From: an uncultured Gemmataceae bacterium
GTDB taxonomy: Bacteria > Planctomycetota > Planctomycetia > Gemmatales > Gemmataceae
Length of the DNA stretch: 64,000 nt
Reading direction: 5' to 3'
NCBI GenBank assembly: GCA_963750165.1
Contig: CAVVPN010000003.1
Span: forward strand, 416,001-480,000
The notes under the pieces are model-generated. The model had not been told where the DNA came from, searched no databases, and saw only the letters and a program-made list of their open reading frames with translations. Below are positions 30,095-41,333 of this stretch, piece by piece. How positions within the stretch are numbered: the first letter of the stretch is position 1; the number at the start of each line of letters is the position of its first letter. The translations under genes and the position numbers were made by a program.

Positions 30095-31319
30095 TCAGGA
30101 GCCCGGACCGGACATGGTGGGGGGCAGTTCCAGGAAGTTGTAGCCCGTGTCCGTGGCCCCGGAGGTCACGACGATGCTGGTGACGGTGCCGGTGCCCGCG
30201 GTGCCGGTGCCCGGCGGAGCAGTCGCCTGCTCGTCGGTGTAACCCATCTGGCTGGCGGAGACGGTGACCGTGTAGGTGCCCGGCCGCAGCCCGGTGAACA
30301 GGTAATTGCCGTTCGTGTCCGTTGCGACGGACACGTTCACCACCTGGCCCAGGTCGTTGGTGCCCGTCAGCGTCACGGTTGCCCCGGTGAGGCCGGTGTT
30401 CGGCATCATGCTGGCGCTGTTGTCGCTGGTGACGGTGCCGGACAGCGAACTGAGTGCCGGCGCCACGGTGCCGCCGTTGTCGGCGCTGAGCAGCCGGTCC
30501 TGAGCGCTGTAGAACATATTACTCCCGGCCGGCCCGAGTTGTTGAATGGCCGCGCCCATCACGAAATCAATCTGGTAATAGTTCTGCGGCACCTGGACCG
30601 TGAGCGACTGCGGCCCCGGGCCGAACGTGCCGGAGACGATCTCCACGGGCGTCTGCTGACTGGCGGTGTTGGCGTCGAATGATGAGCCCGGGGCGTCATA
30701 AGCGACCAGGCTAACGGTCACGTTCGAGGCGGTCGGGGCGACCGTGAAATTGGCGGTGACCGTGTCGCCCTGCCGGGTCTGGCCGCGCAGGTTGGTGACG
30801 GTGGTCTGCGTGCCGTCAGGGCTCGTGATCGTGAAGCTGATGTTGCTCACGACGCTGGTGTTCAGTTCCTGGAAGTTTGCGAAGTTCTGGCCGCTGACGG
30901 CCTGGCCAGCGGCCAGGGTCTCGGTCAAGTAAGAACTCGCCGTGGTCGGGAGGGTGCGCACATAGTTGCTCGGCACACTCTCCTTGACGAAGTAGGTGCC
31001 CGCGGCCAGGCCGGTAAACGAATAGGAGCCGTCCGTGGCAGTGGTCTTCGTGGCCACCATCGGGTCCGCGGAGTCGAGGACGCCGTTTTGGTTGGTGTCC
31101 GCGTACAGATGCACCTGGACGCTGGCCTGGCCGGCGCCGAGCGAGGCGGCGCCGTTGCCCGCCGTGTCAATGTAGACGTTGCCAGCGATGCTGGCGGTGT
31201 TCGCCGGCACGCGCCGGTCCTCCAGGTACTCCAGGCCAGGGCGGAAGGCCGGCTTCTTGCGCCGGGGTCGTTTGGCGAGTCTGCAGACGATGCAACAACG
31301 TTCCCATCAATTCGGACAT
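30095..31319 (-). CDS. extracellular SdrD-B/Cna-like repeat protein, paralogue 3 (one extra C near 31265)
   Basis: ATG 31319 with an AGGAGG RBS. Removing one C gives MSELMGTLLHRLQTRQTTRRKKPAFRPGLEYLEDRRVPA. Ends FLELPPTMSGPGS. Confidence 0.85.
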
Positions 31320-31412
31320 GGAAAAACCTCCTGAGGTAATGCAACGCCGCCGTGGCCAAATGGTATTGGACGAGTAGTGGCAAGCACGGTGCTCGGGTGG
31401 GGGATTTGCTGA

Positions 31413-31440
31413 AGCGTATCTTGCTCCCGGTGTTTGTCAA
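31413..31440 (-). promoter_or_regulatory. promoter TTGACA-N16-TACGCT upstream of paralogue 3
   Basis: Minus strand reads tgttaacattt TTGACA aacaccgggagcaaga TACGCT. Confidence 0.65.
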
Positions 31441-31633
31441 AAATGTTAACACCTGGCCTGTGTTACCTTGCTTCATCATTTTCATGCGGAGTGCGGCAAC
31501 GAGCGCACGCCGCCAGGCCGGTTCAGATCCGATACCGGCGCACCAATCGACAAAATCCTCAAAGTCAACGCCATCGCGTGCCGATCAAGAAATAGGGCTT
31601 TCTTCGCCCCAACCCCTTCCACGGAGAGAAGCC

Positions 31634-33559
31634 ATGTCCGCTCGCCACCAGGACGTTGGTGCCGGTTCGCCGCCGGCCCAGGCCGTGTGCTACCTGGTGG
31701 TGCCGGCGGGGCCGGACGGGCGCGGGCCGGCGGCTCTCTCCGGCCTCGGCTGGGAACTGCTGGTCCGGCTCCGGCAGCTCGCCGATCACTGTTGCGGCGC
31801 GACGCACCTGGTCGCGGCCGCGCCGTACAGTCCGTTCCTCTGGTCCTTCGACGAGGGCCGGGCCAGCGCCGTGGCGGACCTCGCCCGGGACCGGCCCGTC
31901 GCCCTGCTGGCCAACGCCGCCTTTTTTCTGGAGTCGCAACCGCCCGTGGCCGCGCTGCTGGCCGCGGCCGTCCGGGACGGCCTGGCGGTCCACGCGGGTG
32001 ACGGCAGCGGCGTGGTCTACGCCGTGGCGGTGCGCCACGGCCGCGCCGCCCAGGATGACGTGCAGCGGGCGCTGGCCCAGCTCGTCAGCCGCGCTGGTGC
32101 CGCCGCGCAGCCGCGCTGGGAGGGCCGGCCAGAGGTGGCAGTGCTGCCGTCGCGCGAGGGCGGCGTCGGGCGGCGCCGGCCCACGGCGGGCGCGGCCGTG
32201 TACCTCAACGCCGCCCTGGCCGAGGTGCTGTACGCGCCGGCGGACAGCGCCCCCGTGAACCGCTCGCCCGAGCGGCTGCTGGGTGCGCTGCTGGCCCAGC
32301 GCGACCGCTCCGCCGTGCCCTGGATTTTCAACACGCTGGCCAACGATGTGGAGCACCGCCTCGGCCAACCGGTGCTGGATAGCTTCCCGCCGGAGATGCA
32401 CCTGTCGGTCACCGGCCGCTGCAATATCGAGTGCCGCTTTTGCAGCTACGCCCACGAGAACGCCTACCCGGAGTACGTGGACGTGGGCCGTCTGCGCCGC
32501 CTTGACTTCCTCCGCCACCTGCACACACTGCGGCTCTCCAGCGGCCTGGGCGAACCGACCATCAACCCGCACCTGCCCGCGATGCTTGAGGACGTGACCG
32601 CCCGCCATCCGCAACTGGCCGTCAACTTTTTCACCAACGGTACGACACTGCTGCGGCGCGGCCTGATCGACGCCCTGGTGGACCGGACCGCGTGGGTCAA
32701 CGTGTCGCTGAACGCCGCCACAGCCGCGACCTGGCAGGAGCTGTGCGAGAAGGATTTGTACGACCGGGTGACGGGCGGCCTGCGCGAGTTGCAGCGCGTC
32801 AAGCGCGAGCGCGGCGCGGCGCTGCCGGTGGTGTACGGCTCGATGGTGCTGACGGCGAAGAACCTGCACGAGCTGCCGCGGATGCCCGCGCTGTGCCGGG
32901 CGCTCGGCGTGGACCGCTTCACCGCCATCCCGTTCTTTTCCTACACCTACGAGCACCCGGCGAAGTACGGCGCCGCGGAGTCCTTCCACCACTGCCGGGA
33001 CGAGTACGACGCCCTGTACGCCACGACGCTGCGCGCAGCCGAGGCGCACGGTGTCAGCGTGGAGCTGCCGCTGCCGGCGGACGAGAAGCGCGCAGCGTTC
33101 GGCGTCGAGGTGCGCGGCTTCTACGACTTCGCCGGCGTCCACGAGACATTTCGACCGCTGTACCGGTTGGTGGAGCACCTGGACTACCCGGCGGGGTCGC
33201 ACTGCCCGGCACTGTGGCGCATCGCCCACGTCGGCTCCACCGACCGCGGCCACGCTGCCGCCACGGACACACACTTCCTGTATCCGTGCCTGGGGCCGCT
33301 GGCGATGGTGGACTTCTCGACGCGCACGGCCTTCGACTTCCCGGACGCGGCGCACTTCCTGGAACTGTGGAACAACCCGGTATTCGTGCGGTTGCGCACG
33401 GCCCAGCAGCGCCGCGGCGTGTCCCGGGTGTGCGACGCCTGCCGCGGCATGGACACGCGCGACCCGGACCACTTCGGCGACCTGGACGCGCTGCTGCGCG
33501 AGTGGCGTGCGCCGCCGCCGCGGGTGCGCGATGAGGAACTGACGCTGATGCGGCGCTGA
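31634..33559 (+). CDS. radical SAM protein with an N-terminal extension and a SPASM/twitch-like Cys C-terminus
   Basis: CNIECRFC (CxxxCxxC), 'GLGEPTINP', 'TNG', 'VSLNAAT'; C-terminal HCP...YPC...ELWNN...CDAC. Confidence 0.85.
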   Translation: MSARHQDVGAGSPPAQAVCYLVVPAGPDGRGPAALSGLGWELLVRLRQLADHCCGATHLVAAAPYSPFLWSFDEGRASAVADLARDRPVALLANAAFFLESQPPVAALLAAAVRDGLAVHAGDGSGVVYAVAVRHGRAAQDDVQRALAQLVSRAGAAAQPRWEGRPEVAVLPSREGGVGRRRPTAGAAVYLNAALAEVLYAPADSAPVNRSPERLLGALLAQRDRSAVPWIFNTLANDVEHRLGQPVLDSFPPEMHLSVTGRCNIECRFCSYAHENAYPEYVDVGRLRRLDFLRHLHTLRLSSGLGEPTINPHLPAMLEDVTARHPQLAVNFFTNGTTLLRRGLIDALVDRTAWVNVSLNAATAATWQELCEKDLYDRVTGGLRELQRVKRERGAALPVVYGSMVLTAKNLHELPRMPALCRALGVDRFTAIPFFSYTYEHPAKYGAAESFHHCRDEYDALYATTLRAAEAHGVSVELPLPADEKRAAFGVEVRGFYDFAGVHETFRPLYRLVEHLDYPAGSHCPALWRIAHVGSTDRGHAAATDTHFLYPCLGPLAMVDFSTRTAFDFPDAAHFLELWNNPVFVRLRTAQQRRGVSRVCDACRGMDTRDPDHFGDLDALLREWRAPPPRVRDEELTLMRR

Positions 33560-33560
33560 G

Positions 33561-33590
33561 CGTGGGGCAGACATTCCTGTCTGCCCCACG
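33561..33590. repeat. GTGG-type REP palindrome
   Basis: cGTGGggcagaca-ttcc-tgtctgccCCACg. Confidence 0.8.
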
Positions 33591-33645
33591 TTCCAGGCGG
33601 TCGCTATAGTAGGGGGCAGCCCGTTCCTCACTCCGAGTCACCGCC

Positions 33646-34719
33646 ATGCACCCCGTACGCACCGCACTCATCGGCTGCGGCAAGGTCGGTTCGATCCACG
33701 CCGCGGCGCTGCGCGATCTGTCCGAGTCAGCGTTCGTCGGTGTCTGTGACGCGGACGCCGGCCGCGCCGCCGCCTTCGCGGAGCGCTTCGGCACCCGGGC
33801 GTTCACGGACGTGGGCGACCTGCTCCGCGACGCCCGGCCGCAGGCGGTGCTGGTGTGTACGCCGCATCCGCTGCACGCCGCGCCCGTGATCCAGGCTGCC
33901 GACGCGGGAGTGCATGCGCTGGTGGAGAAGCCGCTGGCGGCCAACCTCACGGACTGCGACGCCATGCTGACGGCGGCGCAGCGCGGCGGCACCAGGCTGG
34001 GCGTCATCAGTCAGCGGCGCTGGTACGAGCCGGTGCGGCGCATGAAGGCGGCCATCGACGCCGGCAAGATCGGCCGGCCGGTGCTGGGCGTTTTCCAGAT
34101 GTATAGCTGGCGCGACGAGGCGTATTACCGTTCCGATCCGTGGCGCGGCCGCTGGGACACCGAGGGCGGCGGCGTTCTGGTCAATCAGTCGCCGCACCAG
34201 CTCGACCTGTTGCGCTGGTTCCTGGGCGAGATTGAAGAAGTGAGCGGTTACTGGGCGAACCTCAATCACCCTTACATCGAAGTCGAGGACACGGCCCTGG
34301 CCATGCTCCGCTTCAAGGGCGGCGGCCTGGGGTCGATTGTCACCAGCCTGTCACAGCGGCCGGGCATTTACACGAAGGTGCATGTCCACGGTTCCAGCGG
34401 CGCCTCGGTGGGCGTGGAGACGGACCGCGGCGCCACGTTCGTGGCGGGCGTGTCGGAGGTGGCCGAGCCGCCGCTGAACGATCTGTGGACGGTGCCGGGC
34501 GAGGAGCATTTGTTGCAGGAATTCCAGGCGGCGGATCGCGCCCGCTTCGGCGAAGTGAACGCCACGAGTCATTATCACGCGCTGCAGATCCAGGATTTTT
34601 TGCAGGCGGTGCGCGACGACCGGCCGCCACTGGTGAGCGGTGCGGACGGCCGCGCCGTGGTGGAGCTGTTCACGGCGATCTACCGCTCGCAGCGTGAACT
34701 GCGGCCGATCCGCCTTTGA
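33646..34719 (+). CDS. Gfo/Idh/MocA oxidoreductase
   Basis: GCGKVG Rossmann motif, 'HALVEKPLA', 'GGGVLVNQSPHQLD'. Confidence 0.93.
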   Translation: MHPVRTALIGCGKVGSIHAAALRDLSESAFVGVCDADAGRAAAFAERFGTRAFTDVGDLLRDARPQAVLVCTPHPLHAAPVIQAADAGVHALVEKPLAANLTDCDAMLTAAQRGGTRLGVISQRRWYEPVRRMKAAIDAGKIGRPVLGVFQMYSWRDEAYYRSDPWRGRWDTEGGGVLVNQSPHQLDLLRWFLGEIEEVSGYWANLNHPYIEVEDTALAMLRFKGGGLGSIVTSLSQRPGIYTKVHVHGSSGASVGVETDRGATFVAGVSEVAEPPLNDLWTVPGEEHLLQEFQAADRARFGEVNATSHYHALQIQDFLQAVRDDRPPLVSGADGRAVVELFTAIYRSQRELRPIRL

Positions 34720-34815
34720 TCAGAAGTCAGCAAACGCGAGAAGGGTTGCGGCACCGGTGGTTACCCTGGCGCCCCAACCCTTCTGTTTTAATCTCTGACT
34801 TCTGACCTCTGCCGC

Positions 34816-35650
34816 TCAACACGCTTCCATGCGTTCGTTGAGCATGGCGAGGGCGTCGCGTTCGATCTGGCGGACGCGCTCGCGGGTCAGGCCGAGGTGT
34901 TCGCCGATTTCCTTGAGGGTCATCGGTTCACGGCCGGTCAGGCCGAAACGCAACCGCAGCACGGTCGCCTCGCGCTGGCCGAGCTTGTCGAGCAGGTCGA
35001 GCACCTGCTGCAGGTCATCGGCCCGCATCATTTCCATGTCCGGCGTGGAGTCGTTCGACTCGATGGCCATGTTGTCCATGGTCCAGCCGGTGTCGCTCTG
35101 GTCGCCCTGCGGGCCGGCGTTGTAAATGCGGATGGCCTTCTTGACGATGGCCATTTTCTTCTTCGGCAGGTTCAACCGGACGGCCACTTCGTCCTCGGTC
35201 GGCGCACGGCCGAGTTCTTCTTGCAGGCGGGTGCTGGCGCGGCGCCATTCGGTCAGCAACTGGACCATGTAGGCCGGCAACCGCACCGTCTTGGCGGTGT
35301 TGACGACGGCCCGCTTCATCGACTGCTTGATCCAGAAGGCGGCGTAAGTGCTGAAGCGCGTGTTCATCGACGGGTCGTAGCCCTCGACGGCACGGAGCAG
35401 ACCAAGGTTGCCCTCGGCGATCAGATCCTGCAGGCTCAGGCCCTTGTTCTGGTAGCCGCGGGCGATGTTGACGACCAGACGTAGGTTGGCGCGGACCAGG
35501 TGGTCGCGGGCTGCGCTGTCGCCCTGTTCGACACGGTAGGCCAGTTCCTTTTCTTCTTGCGCGGAGGAGGGGAGTTTCGTTGATCTCGCGCAGGTAGGTT
35601 TCCAGCGGGGATTGAACGGCCCGGGTGCGCATGCGAACGGTGCGGAGCAT
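34816..35650 (-). CDS. alternative sigma-70 family RNA polymerase sigma factor (RpoD/RpoS-like, no region 1.1); frameshift near 35562
   Basis: Region 1.2 'LETYLREINETPLL', region 2 'NLRLVV..DLIAEGNLGL..RFSTYAAFWIKQ', region 4 'TLKEIGEHLGLTRERVRQIE'. Confidence 0.9.
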
Positions 35651-35909
35651 GGGGGAATCCCTCTTCGCGACGATGTTTTCCTTCAACCGGACCAACTCTA
35701 GGGTACGATTCAGGCGAAGGCAAAAAAAAACGAAACATTTTGCGGATGTTGTCGGGTCTTCCGATTATTCCCCTAGCCCCCTCACGGTTGTGGCCTAGTG
35801 CCGGGCAAGGGGTATGCTGTTCGTGGCACGGCACTCCAGAGTCGTGTCACGATGGCACAACCTGCCGCTTGAGTTGGCACTCGCCCCCGGTTGGGTTGCG
35901 ACGAGGACT

Positions 35910-38900
35910 TCAGCGCCAGGCCGCGTACCAGGTCATGCTCTGGTAGTCGCGCACGAACCCCGCGTTTTCCAGCAATTCCCGCCCCGCCGTCGCCGTCACC
36001 GGCTGGCCGTTCCACGCGGCGACGGTGAGCCGGTGGCGCACGTCGCGGCGCTGGTCGCGACTCAGGATGCTCGGCAGACACGCCACCGCCGCGGCCAGTT
36101 CCTCGCGGCTGGCGCTGGCCAGGGCAGTCAGGCGTTCGCCACGTTGCTCGATCAGCAGCACCGGCCGGCCGGCGCACTGCACCAGCCAGTTGCCGGGCCG
36201 CCGGCTCAGCGACCGACTGCCGCCGTCCAGCAGCGCCACGTCGAAGGGGGCGCCGGCGCCGTAGAGGTTGGCCGGGTCCAGGCTGTGCAGCAGCAGTACC
36301 GGGGCGGCGACGCTGGACGGCAGCGCGACCTCCTGCAGCAGCTGGGCCGCCTCCGGCAGCGCGAACTGCGCCCCGCTCAGGCCCTCGGCGAAGTAGCCGC
36401 GGCGCACCGCCCCTGCCAGTTCCATGCGGTTGAGCACCTCGTACAGGACGCGCCACGGCAGCAGCCACGGGTCCATCTGCGCCAGCTCGCGCGCGGCGAC
36501 GCCGTAGCGGTGCAGCAGCAGCGTCGCCTGGTACACGGCCAGCGCCTCGGTGTCGGGACTGCCCCACGGTAGCAGGGACCAGCGGCCCTCCGGTCGGAAC
36601 TGCGTCCGCCGCGGCGCCGCCCGCCAGCGGCCCACGGCGGTGGTGGTCGCCGCAGCCGGCGCCGGCGCCGCGTTGCCGGTGCGGATCACGTCGAAGCGGT
36701 CGTTGCTGACCAGGCCGCGGCGCAGCAGGTCCGCCAGCGCCGCCCGCACAGCGCTCGGCGCCAGCGTGGTCTGCTGGGCCAGGTCGGTCACGAACAGCGC
36801 CCCGCGCTGCCTCAGACATTCGCGCATGCGCTCCGCCGCCTCGTCGAGCGGCGTCTCGGTGGCCGCGGCCGGCGCCGGCAACTCCGCCAGACGGTCGCGC
36901 GGCAGGAACGCCAGTGACCCCAGGCTGTCACTGCCGCCCTGGCACGCCCACGTCCAGGCGCCGCCGGCCAGGCACTCATCCAGCCAGCGCGGCTCAAAAT
37001 CGCTGACGCGCGCCGGCAGCAGCGTCTGCTCCCACAATTCCGCGGGGGCCAGCACGCCCTGCAACCGCAGCAGCACATCGTTCAATCCGTCCACGCCAGC
37101 GGTGCGTGTCGCAGGGTGGACGGCCTGCCAGCGGGCGACGAAGTCCGCGAACTGTGTCGGTGGCACCGTGACGATCTCGCGGCGCAGCAGGGCCAGTGTG
37201 CTGCGCTGCAACTGCTCCAGGTTGCCGGGGGCCGCCCACTGCGCCGGCTCCGCCGTGGTCGCGGCCGGCACCGGCACCAGACGGCCGCTCTGCGTCCACT
37301 CCTCCAGTTTGTGCTTCGCCCAGCCCGGATCGAACGGATAGCGGCCCAGCACGTCCGCCAGCGCCACCAGGGCGTGCGTCTCCAGAAAGCGGAACAGAAT
37401 CACCTGCGCCGCCGCGTTCGCCGCGCCGGGGTCCGATCCGAACGCCGCGTCGTACAGCTCGCGTTCCTCGGCCAGAATCCAGCGCTGCGGCTCGCGGACG
37501 CGTGGCAGTTCGATGGTCGTGACGACACCGCCTGCCTCCAGTTCGCCGAGGAACGCCACCATCGGGCCGTGCAGATCGCTCGCGGCCAGGTCGCCGAGCC
37601 GCCGCAGCCATTCCGCCATTTCCACAGCGGTGCGCGGCGGCTGGCCCAGGCCGCGCAACCGGCCCTCGACCTGCCGCACTGCCCGCGGGTCCAGCAAGGG
37701 GCCGTGCTTGCCCGGCGACAGGATTTGATCGAGCAACTGCTGATCCAGCTGTGGCGCCGGGCCGCGTTCGGGCTCGGTGCCGTCGTACTGATACATATAA
37801 GCCATCGTGAATGCGAACAGCAGGCTCGCGGCGAACGGCGACGGGCTATCGAGCTGCTGTGTCACCACCTCGACACTGCCGGCGCGCACGTCCGCCAGCA
37901 ATTGTTGCAGCCGGGACAGGTCGAGGTGATCGTGCAGACATTCGCGGAACGTCTCGGCGATGACCGGGAAGTCGGCATGCTTGCGGGCCACCTGCAACAG
38001 ATCGCGACCGCGCAGGCGCTGCAACCACAGCGGAGCGCGACGGCCGGCGGTACGCGGCATCAGCAGCGCCCGCGCCGCGTTCTGGCGGAAGCGCAGCGCG
38101 AACAGCGGACTGTCGGCCAGCTCCGGCAGGATGAGTTCTTGCAGGTTCTCGGGCGTCAGGCCGTCGAGCAGGTCGAGCACGGGTTCGGTGGAATCGGTCA
38201 GGCGGAGGAGGATACCGTTGTCATGGTGCAGACACTGCGGCGCGTAGCCGAGCCGCTGCCGCAGCCGTGCCTCCAGCGCCAACCGCAACGCCAGGTGCAG
38301 CCGGGCGCCGAACGGGCTCAGCAAGACCACCTGCCAGTCGCCGAGCTGATCGCGGCTGGCCTCGATGACGATGGTTTTATCGGTCGGTAGACAGTTGCAG
38401 CGGTCCAGCTGGCGGTGGATGTGCATCCGCAGACTCTTCGCGGCGGGCAGGTCCATCAGGTACTCGCGCTGCAGCCAGTCGAGGGTGGATTCCTTTTGCG
38501 GAATGTCGCCCTCCGGCGAGCGGCGCGGCGTCAGCCCGCCGGTGCTTGGAAGTACCGGCGGGCTGACGCCGCGCCGCTCGCCGCAGAAAGAGGCATCTTC
38601 GGAGCGCAACCGCTCCGCCAACTCGCGCAGGAAGCGCCCGATCGCCAGGCCCAGGTCGAAACTGCGTCCCACCTGCTCGCCGCGCCAGAACGGAATCAGC
38701 GCCGGCGCCCCCTCCGCCGGCGTCACAATGACGCGATCCGCCTCGATCTGCTGCACGCGCCAGCTGTTCGTGCCCAGCAAAAAAGCGTCGCCGATGCGGC
38801 GCTCGTAGATGAACTCCTCGTCCAGTTCGCCGAGGCGCGTGCCGTCCGGCGTCAGCACCGCGTACTGGCCGGTGTCCGGGATGGTGCCGCCGCCCTGCAG

Positions 38901-40470
38901 CGCCAGGGATTGACTGCCCGGCAGCGGCAGCAGCCGGTTGTGAACGCGGTCCCAGCTGACGCGCGGTTGCAGCGCCACCAGCGTCGAGGTCGCCAGGGCC
39001 GGCCCCTCCTCGGCGCGGGGCGAAGCGGTAGCGGCCCGAGATCATCTCCAGCACCGCCTCGAACGCCGCCGGCGCCAGGTCGCGGAACGGATACGCCCGC
39101 CGCACCAACGTGTACAGCGCCGGTACGTCCCACGGCTCCACCGCCACCATTGCCACAACCTGCTGCGCCAGCACGTCCAGGCAATTCTCCGGCACGTGCA
39201 GCGCCTCGACGCGGCCGGCGGCCATCTCGCGCGCCAGCACCGCCTGTTCGAGCAGGTCCATCAGCGTCTTGGCGATCAACCGGCCCTTGCTCTTCTGGCC
39301 GACGAGGTGCCCCGCCCGGCCGACGCGCTGCAGGCCGCGCGCGACGTTGCCCGGCGACTCCACCTGACACACCAGGTCCACCGGCCCCATGTCGATGCCG
39401 AGTTCCAGCGACGCGGTCGCGACCACCGCCTGCAAAACGCCGTCCTTCAGCGCCTGCTCAATCTGCTGCCGCACCTCCAGCGCCACGCTGCCGTGGTGCG
39501 CCTGCGCCCGCGGTGTCTCCGGCTCGTCGTAGGCGGCCAGCACGTTCGGGTTGCCGGAATGGGCCGGGTCGCCCTCCTGGTTCAAATGGGCGGTGATGCG
39601 CTCGACACCGCGGCGGTTGTTGGCGAACACGATGGTCGAACGGTGCTGGGCGATCAACTCCGCCAGCAGCCGGTAGATCGACGGCCAGACCGTCTTTTCC
39701 GGCAGCGGCCCGAAGTGCTCGACGGGGCTGAGCACACGCAGATCGAGGTCTTTCCGCAGCCCGGCGTCCACGACGGCGACCGGCCGCGGCGTCACGGTGC
39801 CGTCCGCGGCAATGTCGCGGCCGCCAAGGTAGTCGGCGACCATTTCCAGCGGCCGCTGCGTCGCGGACAGGCCGATGCGCACGAAGCCGCGCGGGTTCAG
39901 CGCCTGCAACCGCTCCAGCAGCAGCGCCAGGAAAACGCCGCGCTTGTTCGGACACAGGGCGTGAATCTCATCGACGATGACGTGCGTCACGCCCGTCAGT
40001 GTTTCACGGGCGCGCGCGGTCAGCAGCAGGTGCAGCGATTCCGGCGTGGTGATGAGCACGTGCGGCGGCCGGCGCAGCAGCCGCTGTCGCTCCGCGGCGG
40101 GCGTGTCGCCGGTGCGCACGGCCACGTCAATCGGCGGCAACTCCTGACCGAGTTCCTGCGCCGCCGCGGCGACGCCGGCCAGCGGCACCTGCAAATTGCG
40201 GTAAATGTCGTTGTTCAGTGCCTTCAGCGGCGAGACGTACAGGACGCGGACGCCGCGCGGCAGTTCGGGTTGACGCCAGAGGTGATCGAGGCAGGCGAGG
40301 AACGCGGCCAGCGTTTTGCCGGAGCCGGTCGGGGCGAGGATGAGCGTGTTCTGCCCGGCGGCAATGAGCGGCCAGCCCTGACGCTGCGGCGGCGTTGGTT
40401 CGCCGAGCGCGGTACGGAACCAGTGCCGGACGGGCGGCAGAAACAGATCGAGCGGGTCAGCGTTACTCAT
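35910..40470 (-). CDS. lhr: Lhr-like DEAD/DEAH-box helicase (long form with C-terminal winged-helix domains); frameshift near 39015
   Basis: 'PTGSGKT', 'SPLKALNND', 'TTPESL', DEIH, 'GLSAT', 'HHGS', 'SLELGIDMG', 'QRVGRAGH', 'GGTIPDTGQY', 'PSPFA'. Confidence 0.9.
38514..38583. repeat. perfect 30-bp-arm palindrome inserted in-frame in lhr
   Basis: cggcgagcggcgcggcgtcagcccgccggt, a 10-nt loop, then the exact reverse complement. Encodes GERRGVSPPV...TGGLTPRRSP on both strands. Confidence 0.9.
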
Positions 40471-41329
40471 GCGGATCGCCCTTGCCGTCGAAAATGGCGG
40501 CGACGGATTGTGCGACGGTGACGCAGTAGCGGTCCAGGTCCAGGTCGTCCGGGTCGGTGCCGAACGGCTCCTCCACCACGGAATCGACCAGCTCGACGCC
40601 GAGTATCGGCGCGAAGATCAGCAGCAGCATCGGCACGCCCCAGAAACCCAGCTCGGGCAGGCTGAGCCAGGGCGCCAGCAGGATGTTCGCCGCCAGGCCG
40701 GCGCGGATCAGCGCCTTGTACGATGGCGAAATGGCGGTGTTGCGGATGCGCTCGCAGGCGCCGCACACGTCCAGCAGCGCCCGGGCGTGAACGTCGAGCA
40801 CCAGTACGGTGCTGCCGTCGATCAGGCCGCGCTGGTGCCAGTCGGCCAGGCCCGTCAGCAGCCGGCCGGCCAGGTACAGCGGCACGTGGGCCGGCGTCTC
40901 CGGTTCGTGCTCGAAGCCGGCGATGTCCTGCAGCCGCGCCCCGCCGCGCAGGTGCTGCTCGAGCGCCTCCGCGAAACCCGTCAGCACCGCCGGCAACCTG
41001 GCCTCGGTCACGACCGCCGCGGGCAGGTAGCCGCGAAGCTTCCAGGCCAGGTTGCGCAGCTCGTTGATGAGCTGGCCCCAGAGCTGGCGACCTTCCCACC
41101 AGCGGTCGTAGGACGCCCGGTTGCGGAACGCCAGCAGCAGGCCGAGAATGAAGCCCTCGGCCACCGCCCCTTGCAGACCCAGTTCGACACGCGGCAGTCC
41201 GTACCAGTTAACAACGAAGGCCACCGCGAAACAGTACACGGCGATGGCGGCCAGCCAGAAGCGCAGTCGCCGGTAGACCCACACCAGGGTGTCCAGCAAC
41301 GGGTGCTCGTTCGTCGGGCCGCCCCCCAC
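40467..41329 (-). CDS. bestrophin-family anion channel (YneE-like)
   Basis: 'LGLLLAFRNRASYDRWWEGRQLWG', 'GACERIRNT', 'EEPFGTDPDDLDLD'. Confidence 0.9.
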
Positions 41330-41333
41330 GGTG

